DNA of 64,000 nt, taken from assembly GCA_951406725.2 (NCBI GenBank), contig OX597820.1, positions 63,426,001 to 63,490,000 on the forward strand, given 5' to 3'. The stretch's first letter is position 1. Each line of letters starts with the position of its first letter. The DNA is from Octopus vulgaris. Its lineage: Eukaryota. This document shows positions 1 to 12,661 of this stretch, in pieces. A program made the translations under genes and the position numbers. The notes beneath the pieces were generated by a model. It did no database searches and was not told where the DNA came from. It was given only the letters and a program-made list of their open reading frames with translations.

Positions 1-1226
1 AAGAAGGATGTATTTAGGAAAGCTAACGCCCTCCAAGGTAAAAGGAAATGAAGGGATTTGATTGCCTGAGACAAAATAGGTGGACATAGAAAAAGAGATA
101 AATCCTGCGTAGGTGTTGATGATCGTACGAAGCCAGAGTTAGAAAAAGCAGAAAAAGAATGGGTTTGTGAGCGACTTCACTCCATTTAACTGAGCAACCG
201 TTTTCCACGAAGTGTAATTTTTCACCAGCATGTGTAATAATTACAACAATAATGTCCAAAATAGAGTGGAAGGCAATATTCCATTGTTATTAGAATGCAG
301 AGACATGCAATCACAACGGTTAGAAATTTTGATGGTGCAGTGTATCTTTGTATATTGAAATCAGTATTTGACGTATTTGGGAGAGATGAAATTGGCTTTA
401 GCGGTATGGCTGTCCATTTGATGGATATTGCCTTATTAAGAATGTTTTATATAAATGCTCCGTATGTGCATTTGGGAATGTTAATGAATATAATGTGGCT
501 ATGTCAAACAATTTTAAATGAAGATACTAAAATCCCAATTGTAGTTTTAGGAATGGGAGTAAAGGTCATACTACATCTTTAGCAAACTTTCTATGGATAC
601 TTATTGTAAAAATATTTAGTATGACATTGCTGTATAAAGTTAGTGATGATAAATGCCGTTTGTTTATTCTCGAAACCTATGAAATAGTTAGGTGTACATA
701 AAATTTCATTAATCAATGACATGAGGTTATGATACAGTGACCGCATCTGTAATGTATGTCTTTCGTACACAATAGTAAAATTAAGCTATTAGCTTTAACC
801 TGAATACTATTAGCATTACAATTCAACTCCTGAATTTTTACCCACTGTAGTATATCTTCTATTTTGCTATATTTGTTTTTCTAATAATGCTTAGATTCTC
901 TAGGCCCCTTTAACTTTACTACTTAGTTTCAATTAACACAACAGAAAATTATAGGTATAATATATCCGAACGTTCATCTTGGATTCATATCATGCATGCT
1001 GCGTTGCAAATAATCATATTTTCACTATCATACTGTTATATCCTGACTGCGTTGATTTTTATTGGCAGTTCAGCACTACCATATAGAGATAGTAATGATA
1101 AATATAATTAGTGTTTATCTTTAATCTATGAATTAATTAGCTGTAAACCATTTCTCATTAATTAGTGATACAATGTCTACATATGTTCTGCAAGTACTTG
1201 CTACATTACATTAATAGTTAAACTAT

Positions 1227-1392
1227 AGGCGTTGGAGTGGCTGTGTGGTAAGTAGCTTGCCTACGAACCACATGGTTCGGGATCCAGTCCCACTGCATCG
1301 CACCTTCGGTAAGTGTCTTGTACTATAGCCTCGGGTCGACCAAAGCCTTGTGAGTGGATATGGTAGACGGAAACTGAAAGAAGCGCGTCGTA

Positions 1393-1423
<31 letters not shown>

Positions 1424-1663
1424 CTTTCGTATATATATGTATATATGTATGTATATATGCATGTATGTATGTATGTATGTATGTATGTATGTATGTATGT
1501 ATGTATGTATGTATGTATGTATGTATGTATGTATGTATGTGTATGTGTATATGTTTGTGTCTGTGTTTGTACCCCCAACATCGCTTGAGAACCGATGCTG
1601 ATACATTTATATCCCCGTAACTTAGCGGTTCGGCAAAAGAGACCGATAGAATGAGTACTAGGT
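1227..1663 (+). mobile_element. tRNA-derived SINE (octopus-type) with internal (TA)n/(TATG)n microsatellite
   Basis: Head with A box-like TGGCTGTGTGG and B box-like GGATCCAGTCC. Body runs to GGAAACTGAAAGAAGC, then microsatellite 1391-1550, then a 3' part ending ...GACCGATAGAATGAGTACTAGG. Related fragments at 5.97-6.33 kb and 9.3-9.5 kb. Confidence 0.85.
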
Positions 1664-3449
1664 TTCCAGTATTAGCGTGAAACTTAGTGCACTAGTAACC
1701 CCACCCGCTGCATTAGTTGGAAAAATTTTGTATTTCAGTATCCTTTCTTTATTTCATTATATACAGTTTCTGCGTATACGATTTGGTTATATTAGATCCC
1801 TTGTCGCTTCCGTTTACATAACCTGTAACTTTGTCCATGTTACATCCCAATTCTCAAGATTGATAGGATACGGTACATATCGACGTAAGCATGTGTCTCT
1901 TTCTCTGTGTGTGTGTGTTTCTGTTTGTGTGTGCGTGAGTATCTGTTTGTGTTTGTCTCTTTGTGTGGGTGGGTGAAAATTGTTAGAATGTGTGGTTGTG
2001 TGTGTGTGTATGTGGGTGTGGGTGTATGTGTGAATATATCTGAGTGTATGTATGGAGAAATAATGGATATAGACTACTTTTATTGGTTGTCTATTCATGA
2101 TGAAGTATTCTTACTACTTTAAGGAATCTGTTATTTTGATATAAACATTTTTGTGTAGGGAAACTCATGTCGGCGTGTGTGTGTGTGTGTGTGTGTGTGT
2201 CTTTGTGTGGGCGTGTTTGTGTGTGTATGTGTGTGTGTATGTGTGTGTGTGTCTGTGAGTGTGTGCGTGTGTATGGCGAAGCTGGTCTATTTGTAAGCAT
2301 GGGTATGTGAATGTTCATGTATGAATGAGTCTCCGAAAATTCACATGATGTATATGTGTGTTTGCGTGCATGCGCAGGCTATAAATTGTTTTAGAATAAG
2401 ATACCTCTCTATGCGTGAAATTCCGCATTGGTATGATCCTAAATATCAAAAGTATAATACATACCATTATATTTAACATACCAGGCTCCCAGTCTTTTTC
2501 TGACAGCCCCAATTTATATCCTCCGTATTTCTTCTTCTAGTTATTCATATTATTTTCTATTTTTTACTATATATATTCATTTGAACTCCATGAGATATTT
2601 CGTTGTTAAACAAATCTTTCCGATTAACTTATTTTAATTTGAACTATCTTAGATTTTGAGTTTTGCTGTATTTTCCCTGAGTTTTGTATTTATATACGTA
2701 CCATGGGCTTTTTAGCACGTTCTGAAGAAAGCCATCGTAAAATTTGTAAAGGGTAGTCTTCGGAATATATCTATTATCGATTACTATGTAATGAGAAAAC
2801 TTGGTAATTTCATAGTCCTTAACTTCCCATGATACGTTCTGATGTGTAGTCTGTTCATTATGTAACAGTACAGTTATATTTATAAATATGTATGTGTGCG
2901 GGTTTTCTTTGTACGTTTGTATGTGTGTGTGTCTGTGTGTATTTATGTGTGTTTCAGTGTGTGTGTCTGTGTCTGTATGTATGCAAGTTAATACACATAT
3001 TTATGTACATGGGAGATATAATGAAGCGTCACATATTATACCAGATATAGATTAAGAAACGAATGTCTCAAAAGAGAACAAACAGCGATTCTTTCACGTT
3101 TCTTATCTGGTTATTTTTTCATATACATTCTTCACAATTTCGCTTCTTGGATTTTCAAAACCATGATCAGGTTATCAGATAGCATTAACTACAGTTTTTC
3201 TTCATAGCTGACCGGAAGTGAAAAGCATACAGTGAGATTTGTGATGCTTCAAATCGCCATTCTTTTTATTACACACACACACACATATATATGTACAGTG
3301 AGAATTTACCAAAAAAACAAAAGACGAAGACTCGTGTGTAAACGACAAACATATGCATTAGTTTAACGCTCAGGAAATGATAGTTTATCACCAGATTCCT
3401 GTTCACTCTAAGAGCATTCTGAAGATTACAGTAACAACACAACTCGGCT

Positions 3450-4340
3450 CCTTTGAATTCTACGCCATTTGGCCTTCGAAATGCTGCCAGCACATCTCAG
3501 CGGTTCATAGACGAAGTCATTCGTGGACTGGATTTCGTCTGTACATATCTCAATAATATCTTGACTGCCAGTTCTTCTGCTGAAGAACATGCTCAACATT
3601 TAAAGCTACTCTTCCAGCACCTTAATCAATTTAGTGTGGTGATTAACCCTGCTAGATTTGTTTTTGGCGCAACTTCCTTTGTGTTGCTTGGCCACATCAT
3701 GAAAAAGAGGGCATTAGACCACTTCAGGAGAAAGTACAACCTATTGAGCATCACCTTCCTCCTACTTCCCTTCGCCAGTTTCGCCATTTCCTCGGCTTGC
3801 TGACCTTTCATTGCCACTTCATCCCTCACTGGGCTAAACTCCAGTCTCCACTTACCGAGCCATTAAAAATCGTCCTAAGGAGACTGATGCTATTGCGTTG
3901 ACTTCCGTCCCGATGGAAGTTTTTGATGCTGTGAAACGTAAGCTTGCTAAAGCATCTCTACTCGCACACCCTGTCTCCGATGCAAAGCTTTCGCTTGTAG
4001 TTGATGTACCGGACACAGCAATTGGTGCCATATTCCAACAGTTTCACCAACAATACCTGCAACATCTTGCATTTTTCTCTTAGCAGCTGAAACTTGCTAA
4101 GACGCGTTACAACACATTCGCACGCGAATTATTTGCTATCTACCAGCACATCCTCGAAGGAACTTTACCATCTATATCAATCATAATCCCATTACCTTTC
4201 CCTTGCGGTCCAAGCCTAAGAAGTATTCACCGAGTGAGACTAGACACTAGGACTTCGTATCGCACTTTACCGGTGATATCCAGCAAATCTCCGGGGGTCA
4301 GAAGACTGCTGATGCATTGTCCCACCTGTCGGTAAATTCT
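3450..4340 (+). pseudogene. Decayed Ty3/gypsy pol fragment (reverse transcriptase and RNase H)
   Basis: ORF 3453-3803 has PFGLRNAASTSQRFIDEVIRGLDFVCTYLNNIL (RT; YLDD decayed). ORF 3898-4083 has LSLVVDVPDTAIGAIFQQ...LAFFS, followed by RYNTFARELFAIY (RNase H). Stops and frameshifts are present. Confidence 0.9.
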
Positions 4341-4529
4341 TTGTCATCTACTTCTGAGATCGACTTAACAGTTTTGTGCTCGGACCAACCTCCTCTAGAC
4401 TCACCTAACGCATCGTCTTCTGAATTTGCGACATGCACATTCATGTACTAACCTCTAATAACGGCTAACATGAAGATGTTGTTCTTTCATCTTATTGCTT
4501 GTATCAACATACAGTTGGACGTGGGGTCA

Positions 4530-5072
4530 TGTAGTGAGTCAAAGAAGCCATACTTCTTGTTTCAGGTTGGCAGAGATGTGCTTTGGCAACAAGCTAATCA
4601 GATCTGGTTGTGTACCTATAAAAACAGCAGACATCAGCCCAGTAGGAGTGTGCCGTTTGGCACACAATCATGAGAAGGCCTCAACGCCATTGAACAGACC
4701 TCCATGACCGTTAGGGAACAGATCTCCACGACCGTCAACGGACTGTCAGCGAAGAGATCCATTCAGCCGTCAGTGAACAGATGTCCACAAATCTCAGCGG
4801 ACAGATCTCCACAACCGACAGCAAACAAATCTTGACATTTCACACCAGCCTTCGTACCACCATCAATTGTGTGTTTGTGATTCTTACATCCTTAGCACCG
4901 CAAACCTCTAAACTAATACTTGTGCAATTGTAAGTTTCAAGGCTTCTCACTGACTCATACATTTAAACACTAACTTTGCGTAGCACTTATCAACAATCCA
5001 ACAAAATTTATTTTTGAATACAATTCATTCTGTGTTATATTGTGACTATGTTACTTTCGAACCATCGTCACA
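4530..5072 (+). mobile_element. Probable 3' LTR of the gypsy element, with an internal ~27-30 bp tandem array
   Basis: Starts TGTAGTGAG right after a G-rich PPT-like GTGGGG and ends ...CGTCACA. Tandem GAACAGATCTCCACGACCGTCA-like units lie at 4690-4830. Located downstream of the pol remnant. Confidence 0.55.
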
Positions 5073-5974
5073 CTCGCACGCACACACATATACATACATA
5101 TGAATGTACATACATACATGCATATATACATACAGAAGAGTTTGCTGCTAAATTTCTTCTTTAAGTGTATTACGAAATGCCTAGTTGAAGGACCAATCTC
5201 CTGAGTTACTTTATAGAGCTTAAGAAAACTGGAGAATCGCTGCTATAACTGTATGCATCTGAGAGGAGAAAATACTGGATAAAACTATAATTAACTGTTT
5301 TTCTTGTATTTTCTTTTACTCAAAGTTAGAAACTATTCTGTACCTCATCGTATATTCATACACACACACACACACACACACACATATATTCCACACTATA
5401 TCTTTCCCAAAAGAGTTTTATAAGTAGGAAAACTCCAACCCAGTATACAATTGAAACTGTCAAGTTAAAATATTTCTTACTATTTCTGTTACATGTAATT
5501 GTTTAAACTTTTGAATAGTTCGGTATGTATTCCGAAATTAGATATGCAAAAGTTATCCATCCAGCCTTCCTGCCATCCAGCCATACATACATACATACTT
5601 ACATACATACGTATATATGTTTGTATATTCAGATGTACACACTATTCAGCTGTTATTGATTCTGGTCTTGCTTTTATACATTTCTCTATCAGGATCCCTG
5701 CTTTGTCTCTTCGGATTTCGTTGCACCACCTCGTATGTTTCCCTAAGGAAAGTCTTTCCTCTCTCAGGTATCTTCGATGTGTATCGTTATAGACGCTTCT
5801 GTAAATTTCATTTCCTTTTATTTATCTATTTTTTTATAGGTAGAGATATTAAACCTAGGTACACCCATTTCTACCTCCGGGCTGTCGTCGCCCATACTAG
5901 TCTCTCCTCCATCATTTGATTTGGTCAGTGCGAAGGCCCTACAGTGGACTAGCACTCTTCTGGTCGTAACAAGG

Positions 5975-6330
5975 ACTGGACATTGTAATGTCGTCTACTA
6001 CAACCCCGGGCATACCAATTGCTTTCTCTGTAAAATTGACTGACCGAAACCTGTATGGAAGCCCATTATACATATAAATATATATATGTGTGTGTGCGTG
6101 TGTGTGTGTAACTTTGTATTTGCCTATATCCCCACAACATTCGACCAATGTTCATTTAGTCAATTACTTGTTATTTAGCGGCAAAAGTTGCAGATAAGAT
6201 AAGATAAGTACCGAACTTGAAACTTAAGTAATGGTATCTTTTTATATATTTTTTCCGATAAAACCTATGAAGAATGTACCCCAACTACAGTCGCTGTTCA
6301 ACGAGTGAAATACGTAAAATGTAAAACATA
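5975..6330. mobile_element. Diverged SINE fragments (5' part on minus at 5975-6068; 3' part on plus at 6110-6330)
   Basis: Similarity by eye to the body and tail of the SINE at 1227-1663. Confidence 0.5.
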
Positions 6331-6788
6331 AGGACACAGAATTTATTTAAAGTGACAAAATTAAAACCAGAAAATGCGTAAAGTATGGAAGATCAGGACT
6401 TTGAATGTTAGATAAAACAGTAACGAAATAGAGGCTTAAAATATACATATTTTTGTTTCTTTTAGTTTTTATTCATTACAGATATTATTTATATATTTAG
6501 TCATTGGTACCATTTTCATGTTATTGTATTTAGTCGTTTAATACTGCACCACGTTTGACATGTAGACCTATTGTCGCGCTCTTTATGCTAACTTATTGTT
6601 TAATATTTATTGAGCACTTTGCGGCATTATGACACGGATTCACTTGGCTGAACTTAAATTGCATATGTGTGTGTGGGGCGTATATATCTGTATATTTATG
6701 TGTGTCTATGTGGGCGTACATATATATAGATGTTTATGCGTGTCTGTGTGTGTAGGTATATATATATTTATGTGTGTCTGTATATGGG

Positions 6789-6835
<47 letters not shown>

Positions 6836-7672
6836 GTATGTCTGTGTGTTTGTTTGGTGCGTGTATGTATTCGTATGCGTGTCTCAGTGTGTATGCGCTT
6901 GTTTCTACGGTGTGTTTATTTGTTCGCATGTGAGAATTTTTATATACATGCGTGTATGTGAATACAGATGTACACATTCGGACGCGTTTGAATGATTTAT
7001 ACCGGAGTTTCCCGTATATGTATAAGACTAAGTTGATGAGTTGCGCGCGTGCCTGTTTGTGTGTGCTTAGTGCAGTGTGACTGGCTACGTTATTCTACGA
7101 ATATGTCTCCTTTAATATTCCTGAACGGACGTGTATTATTCAAAACTCGAACCATGAAATAACAATGAGTAAATGAAGACTGAGATGTCTGAGCATGTGA
7201 ATATTTTGAAATGTGGTCCTATATATAAATGTGTGTGTGAGTGTGTGTGTGTGTACGTGAGTGTGAGTGTGTGTGTAAGAGTGTGAATGAGTCCGATCAC
7301 ATACACAAACAAGCAGCAGACCCACGCTCTCCTCATATGTAGGTGTGTGTGAGTGTGTGCGTGTGCGTGTGTGTGTGTTCCTGTCTGTATATATATATAT
7401 ATATATATATAGAAAGATAGATAGATAGATAGAAAGATAGATATGTGTGTGTGAGTGTATATATATGAATATATGTGTATATGTATATGTGTATATATAT
7501 GTATATGTGTGTGTGTGTGTATGTATGAGTGTGTATCTATGTGTGTCTGTGTGTGAATACATATGGTGGTGCAACTGTATCTTCATTGGAATATATACAT
7601 GTCCGTACGTCCAAATATATGTGAGTGGGTGTATATATATTTGTACATGTGTGTATATGTATGAGTAGATTC

Positions 7673-7718
<46 letters not shown>

Positions 7719-7757
7719 GTGTGTATGTGTCAGTGTATGAATATGTATGTATCTGTC

Positions 7758-7820
<63 letters not shown>

Positions 7821-8523
7821 CCTTATGTATGTTTGATGTATTTTTCAGTATATGCATGGGTGCATTGTTAGTTGATGGAGTGAGTGAGTGTGTGAGTGAA
7901 TGAGTGAGTGAGCGCGTCAGTTGCAAAGAGAGAGAATTATTATTGTCGATTGATGCAAAATTTAAGATTGTGAAAATTTGATAAACGAAGAAACCACATA
8001 ACAATGAGTTTATTACGTATGGATGGACGGTTGAGTGGCTAGAGACGAAAGGTCTGGTGGTGAGGGGGAAAGGTGCGTAGTGTGGAGGAGATAGCGACTC
8101 GATTGAATAGAGACAAAGAATGGAGGCAGGCAGGGGATAGATGGTTTGGATACGCTGTGTTCTCAACCGTGTTAGCTTTCAATTGTATATCTCACACAGA
8201 ACACTTCCCGCTTACGTACACCTATATATATAATTGTGTATTTGATTGTGTGTGAGTGTGCGTGTGTGTATGTGAGTGTGTGTGCATGTGTAAGTAAGTG
8301 TGTTTGTTTGCGTTTGTCTTTGTGTGTGTGTGTATTATATCAGATGTAGACATATACTCGTATAATAATAGAAATAATAATAGTAAGAGAATTAGAGATA
8401 ATGATAATAATGATATGCTGGTAATAACAATATGATAGTATGTTAATAACAATAATCATAATAATAATAATAATAATCATAATAATAGTAATAATAATAA
8501 CAATAATAATAATAATAATGATG

Positions 8524-8600
<77 letters not shown>

Positions 8601-9263
8601 CGAAGATGAGGGGTAGGAGTAGTAGTAGGAGTAGCAGAAGGAGGAGTAGGATAATGAGGGGTTGATGACTAAAAATAATAATATTCATAAGCATATATAT
8701 ATATACAAATCGACGTATATACACTTTTATATGTATACATATATATGTATACATATCAATACATACAAACATGTGCATGCACGTGCGTATGTGTGTATTT
8801 GTGTATATGAATTTGTATATATATACACACACACATACATACATATATATATATATATATAGATACACTGACATACGAGTGAGAAAAGGGGAGACACTTA
8901 ATTTTGTGTGTGTGCGTGCATGCATGTGTGTGTTTATGTGTGTGTATATAGTTTTGTCCCCATTATATGACGTATATATGGTATCGTATAATTATGATTT
9001 GTGTGACTCAATAGTTCACATAGATACGCACACATATACACACGCACAATTACACTGTCACACATACACAATCGCTCAAACTCTGGTAAACGCGTTGATA
9101 TATAAATACAACGTGTCCTCATGTGTGTGTTAATTTCTAATATTATGTTTCTGCCTCGTTACCTACCAAATTTCTGTATATGTAAGGAAAGGATTGTGTA
9201 TATGCTTCTATTTCAAATCCCTTTTACAAATCTATATTCACACACACACATACACACACACAT

Positions 9264-9294
<31 letters not shown>

Positions 9295-9307
9295 CTTACA
9301 TATGTCA

Positions 9308-9495
9308 TTTATTGTCATTGAACTGTAACAATGCTGGAGCACCACTCTTAGCGGCGTCAGTCTCACGAAAAAATTGACCGAGCACTTATGTCTCTCTTCT
9401 TAAAATCAGGTACATATTCTATTCGTCGCCTCTTAGGACAAACCGCTAGATTACGGGTATCTTACCAAACCAATTCCGGTTGTCGAGCGATAGTA
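9308..9495 (-). mobile_element. SINE 3' tail fragment
   Basis: Reverse complement resembles the 3' portion of the 1227-1663 SINE (CCCGTAATCTAGCGGTTTG..., GAATAGAATATGTACC). Confidence 0.55.
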
Positions 9496-9602
9496 AGCCC
9501 CACCCCACAGGGTATATATACTGTCACTTTTACAATGGCTTTTTTCCGTAATCGTCTGCCATCTTATCTCTCTCTTTCTTTCTCTCTCAGCCTGTATTTA
9601 TT

Positions 9603-9659
<57 letters not shown>

Positions 9660-9669
9660 TATCTATCTA

Positions 9670-9715
<46 letters not shown>

Positions 9716-9717
<2 letters not shown>

Positions 9718-10460
9718 AATTAAGGACTGAACACGAAAAAGTGGACAGTCAACATGCTAGATAAAGACGTCAAATCGCCATTCTCCACAAAGATTTTTCT
9801 TTGTGGAGAATGGCGATTTGACGTCTATATCTAGCATGTTGACTGTCCACTTTTTCGTGTTCAGTCCTTAATTGGTATATATAAATATTTTAATCTTCGG
9901 ATTCTTTTTAATGTGCTAGACCACTGGTTTTAATTGACTAATATCAATTTTTACCCTTAATTTTTAAATATGAAATATATGTTCTCAAACCGATAAATTG
10001 ACTGCTGCTAATTATTAGCTGCAGGCTGGCAAAAGTAGAGGCATTTGAAAGATACATCCGAACGTAATAGGTCGTACTTTTTGCATGCGGGACTCCGGTA
10101 CCGTTTTTCATCTAGTACGGCATATTATGCTCATAACAAACTACGCTGACGAAACTACAGATATCCTTGTGATATTAATAGCTGAAACTGTACGGTACGT
10201 AGGTGATTATTCCATTTCGTATATTTCTTTTGTCTCATCCATTGCTTTAGGTCGTGCTGAATTTTATTTTTATTTGAGAACAAAATCTTTGTGGAGAATG
10301 GCGATTTGACGTCTATATCTAGCATGTTGACTGTCCACTTTTTCGTGTTCAGTCCTTAATTGGTATATATAAATATTTTAATCTTCGGATTCTTTTTAAT
10401 GTGCTAGACCACTGGTTTTAATTGACAAATATCAATTTTTACCCTTAATTTTTAAATATA
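9716..10460 (+). mobile_element. Short Penelope-type pLTR element: 78-bp fold-back plus ~174-bp direct repeat plus hammerhead, between (TA)n tracts
   Basis: Hairpin arms 9716-9793 and 9798-9875 (one mismatch, 4-nt loop). Segment 9798-9971 repeats at 10286-10460. HHR at 10141-10202. Flanked by (TA)n on both sides. Confidence 0.75.
10141..10202 (+). ncRNA. Type I hammerhead ribozyme (minimal stem III)
   Basis: CTACG | CTGACGA | AACTA..GATATC-CTTGT-GATATT..TAGCT | GAAA | C-TGTACG-G | TA | CGTAG. Stem I is 5 bp, the core is intact, loop III is quasi-palindromic, and the cleavage triplet is GUA. Confidence 0.8.
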
Positions 10461-10493
10461 TATATATATATATATATATTAATATATATATAT

Positions 10494-10750
10494 TGATAAA
10501 AATGGTAAGACAACAAAAGATTGAAATAGACTTCGATATTATGTTAATAGAGAAATTTGTCTGTAGATGTAATATGTGACAACTATTCGGTAGTCATGAT
10601 AAAACTCCGAGTTTCGGATGCCGCAGTGGAAATCCACGCCGCTATTTTCATAGCACTTTTTCCGATCGCCGGATAACTGAAGAGATGGCGGCGTGGAGGG
10701 CGGAGTTTTATCATGGCTACCGGATAACTATCACATATTACATTTACAGA
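10494..10750. mobile_element. Second short fold-back element with two partial hammerhead copies
   Basis: Inverted arms 10560-10609 and 10701-10750. HHR 5' half on plus (GATAA CTGAAGA GATG, 10672-10697). HHR 3' half on minus (CATCC GAAA CTCGGAG TT TTATC, 10598-10642). Bounded by (TA)n. Confidence 0.65.
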
Positions 10751-10758
10751 TATATATG

Positions 10759-10793
<35 letters not shown>

Positions 10794-11322
10794 AGTGTGT
10801 GTGTGTAGTGTGTGTGTGTATGTGTGTGTGTGAGTGTGTGTGTGTGTGTGTGAATGATGTGTGTATCTGAGTGCGTGCTGTGTTTGTGTATGTATGTGTC
10901 TGTGCTTGTGTGTGCGTAATTGTAAGTGTGCACATTTTTGTATTATTTATGTAATAAGTATTTATATAGGCGGGCTTTCTGTTCCACTCACTTCCCGTGC
11001 ATGATGTTTCCGAATAACGAAATAAACTTTTAATGTCAGCCATCCTGATTATATCAATAATGATTTCGGCGATGATTATTATAACGATGAATATGACGAC
11101 GACGGGGCATAAAATGTTGATCACAACGTTATTTATGTTCACGACATTGAATGATCATAATGATAATGGTTATAATTATTATGACGATGTTAATGATAAT
11201 AATATTTCCATGATGTTTATGATAAGGAGAACGTTGACGATTAACGATTATGAGACTCTGATGATGTTCTTGATAACATGAAAGCAAAACAATAAATATA
11301 ATTTTAAATCTAAATAATAACG

Positions 11323-11404
<82 letters not shown>

Positions 11405-11949
11405 CAACAATAGAAACAACAACAGCATGATAAAGAACAAGGATACACCCATTCAGAAAATATGCAACAAAAAATTCTATTAAAATTAAGCTATTGTTTA
11501 TTATTGTCTGTAATATCATATACAAAATAGAAAGCGAAGAAATAATTGGTTAGACGTCATCTGTTGGTGCAATGTAACATTGATGTTGGATATGATTTTC
11601 AGTTATTACAGCGTTGCTATTTTATTATATTGTGCTGAATATGTTCTTGTGGTTGATGCTGTTTCTCTTTTTTTTCTTTTGCTGTTGTTGCATCTACTGC
11701 GACTGTTGTTGATGCTTTAGTAATTGCAGCTGTTGCTTAGCGGCGAGTGGTTCCTCGACCAGAGCTTTGATCAAAGATGCGTAATATACAAGCATATGCC
11801 TTTTTTTTTCTTTTTCGTTTTTTAGGATTATTATTTCGCGCTTTGAATGGACTTTGGATGCCTAATTTAAGCCAGCTTAGTTACTATTCAGAGGCATCAC
11901 CATTAGTGAGACAACAATATATTTGTAACACTGATGCAGAAGATATATA

Positions 11950-12527
11950 CAGTGATGCCTCTATATGTGAGTTAATTGTTCCCCAGAGAGCGCTCGTACA
12001 GCGAAAGCTCGTTAAGTAGAGCAATATTTTCCCGTAGCAGCAATGTTATAAACAGTAATTTGTCCTAGAAAAATATTTTGCCTATAAAATTTATAATACT
12101 AGTAAATAAATAGCAATAAAACAGCAGTGGAATGTAAAGAATATTGTATGTAAGTAAAATACAACATCAAGATCATTTATAATTAAAGATATTGTCGTTT
12201 TCTGCGTCCCTTAAAATCACACTACACTCGCGCACTCCAACAATTGTGGATGTGATCGCTGATTCACGAACACTCGTAGACGGTCTTGTAGATCTCTTTT
12301 TTTAAAAAAAGTCTAGAATTGTTTGTTTAAAAGAAGCTTTTTTTCTGCTCTATAAATTACCCGGTAACGCGCAGAAGCATTTCTTATTGTAGTAGAAACT
12401 TTTGAACCTAATTCAAAATTTGGATCTCGTGCTTGAAGAATTTCATGTCCCCATACAAAAGTAAGCTGAAAAAACTCATAAAGCCGGAGTCTCGTGAAGC
12501 CGGCCCTCGTAAAGTGATGTACTACTA
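11950..12527. mobile_element. Tigger/pogo-like non-autonomous DNA transposon (MITE), diverged
   Basis: TA|CAGTGATGCCTC... left end and ...GTAAAGTGATGTACTACTA|TA right end resemble CAGTGGTACCTCG-type TIRs with TA target sites. Subterminal CTCGT repeats are present. Confidence 0.5.
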
Positions 12528-12619
12528 TATATATATATATATATTAGACAAAATGATATAACAAATCCAAGGCTGTGAGGAGTTTTCAGGACATTTATAA
12601 GGACAAATATATAGATATA

Positions 12620-12661
12620 GTCTTACAGCTTGTTTCCGGGATATTATGGATATCCCTTCAT
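12620..12661 (-). ncRNA. 5'-truncated hammerhead ribozyme in the PLE 3' pLTR
   Basis: Minus strand reads ..ATGA | AGGGATAT-CCATA-ATATCCCG | GAAA | CAAGCTG | TA | AGAC. The start of the core and stem I 5' are lost. Confidence 0.6.

Noticed and set aside
1-760. Possible PLE remnant on the minus strand
   Set aside because: Only vague motif resemblance; no diagnostic RT or endonuclease motif could be read.
4690-4830. Spaced repeats superficially CRISPR-like
   Set aside because: Degenerate contiguous tandem units without unique spacers, inside a probable LTR; no cas genes.
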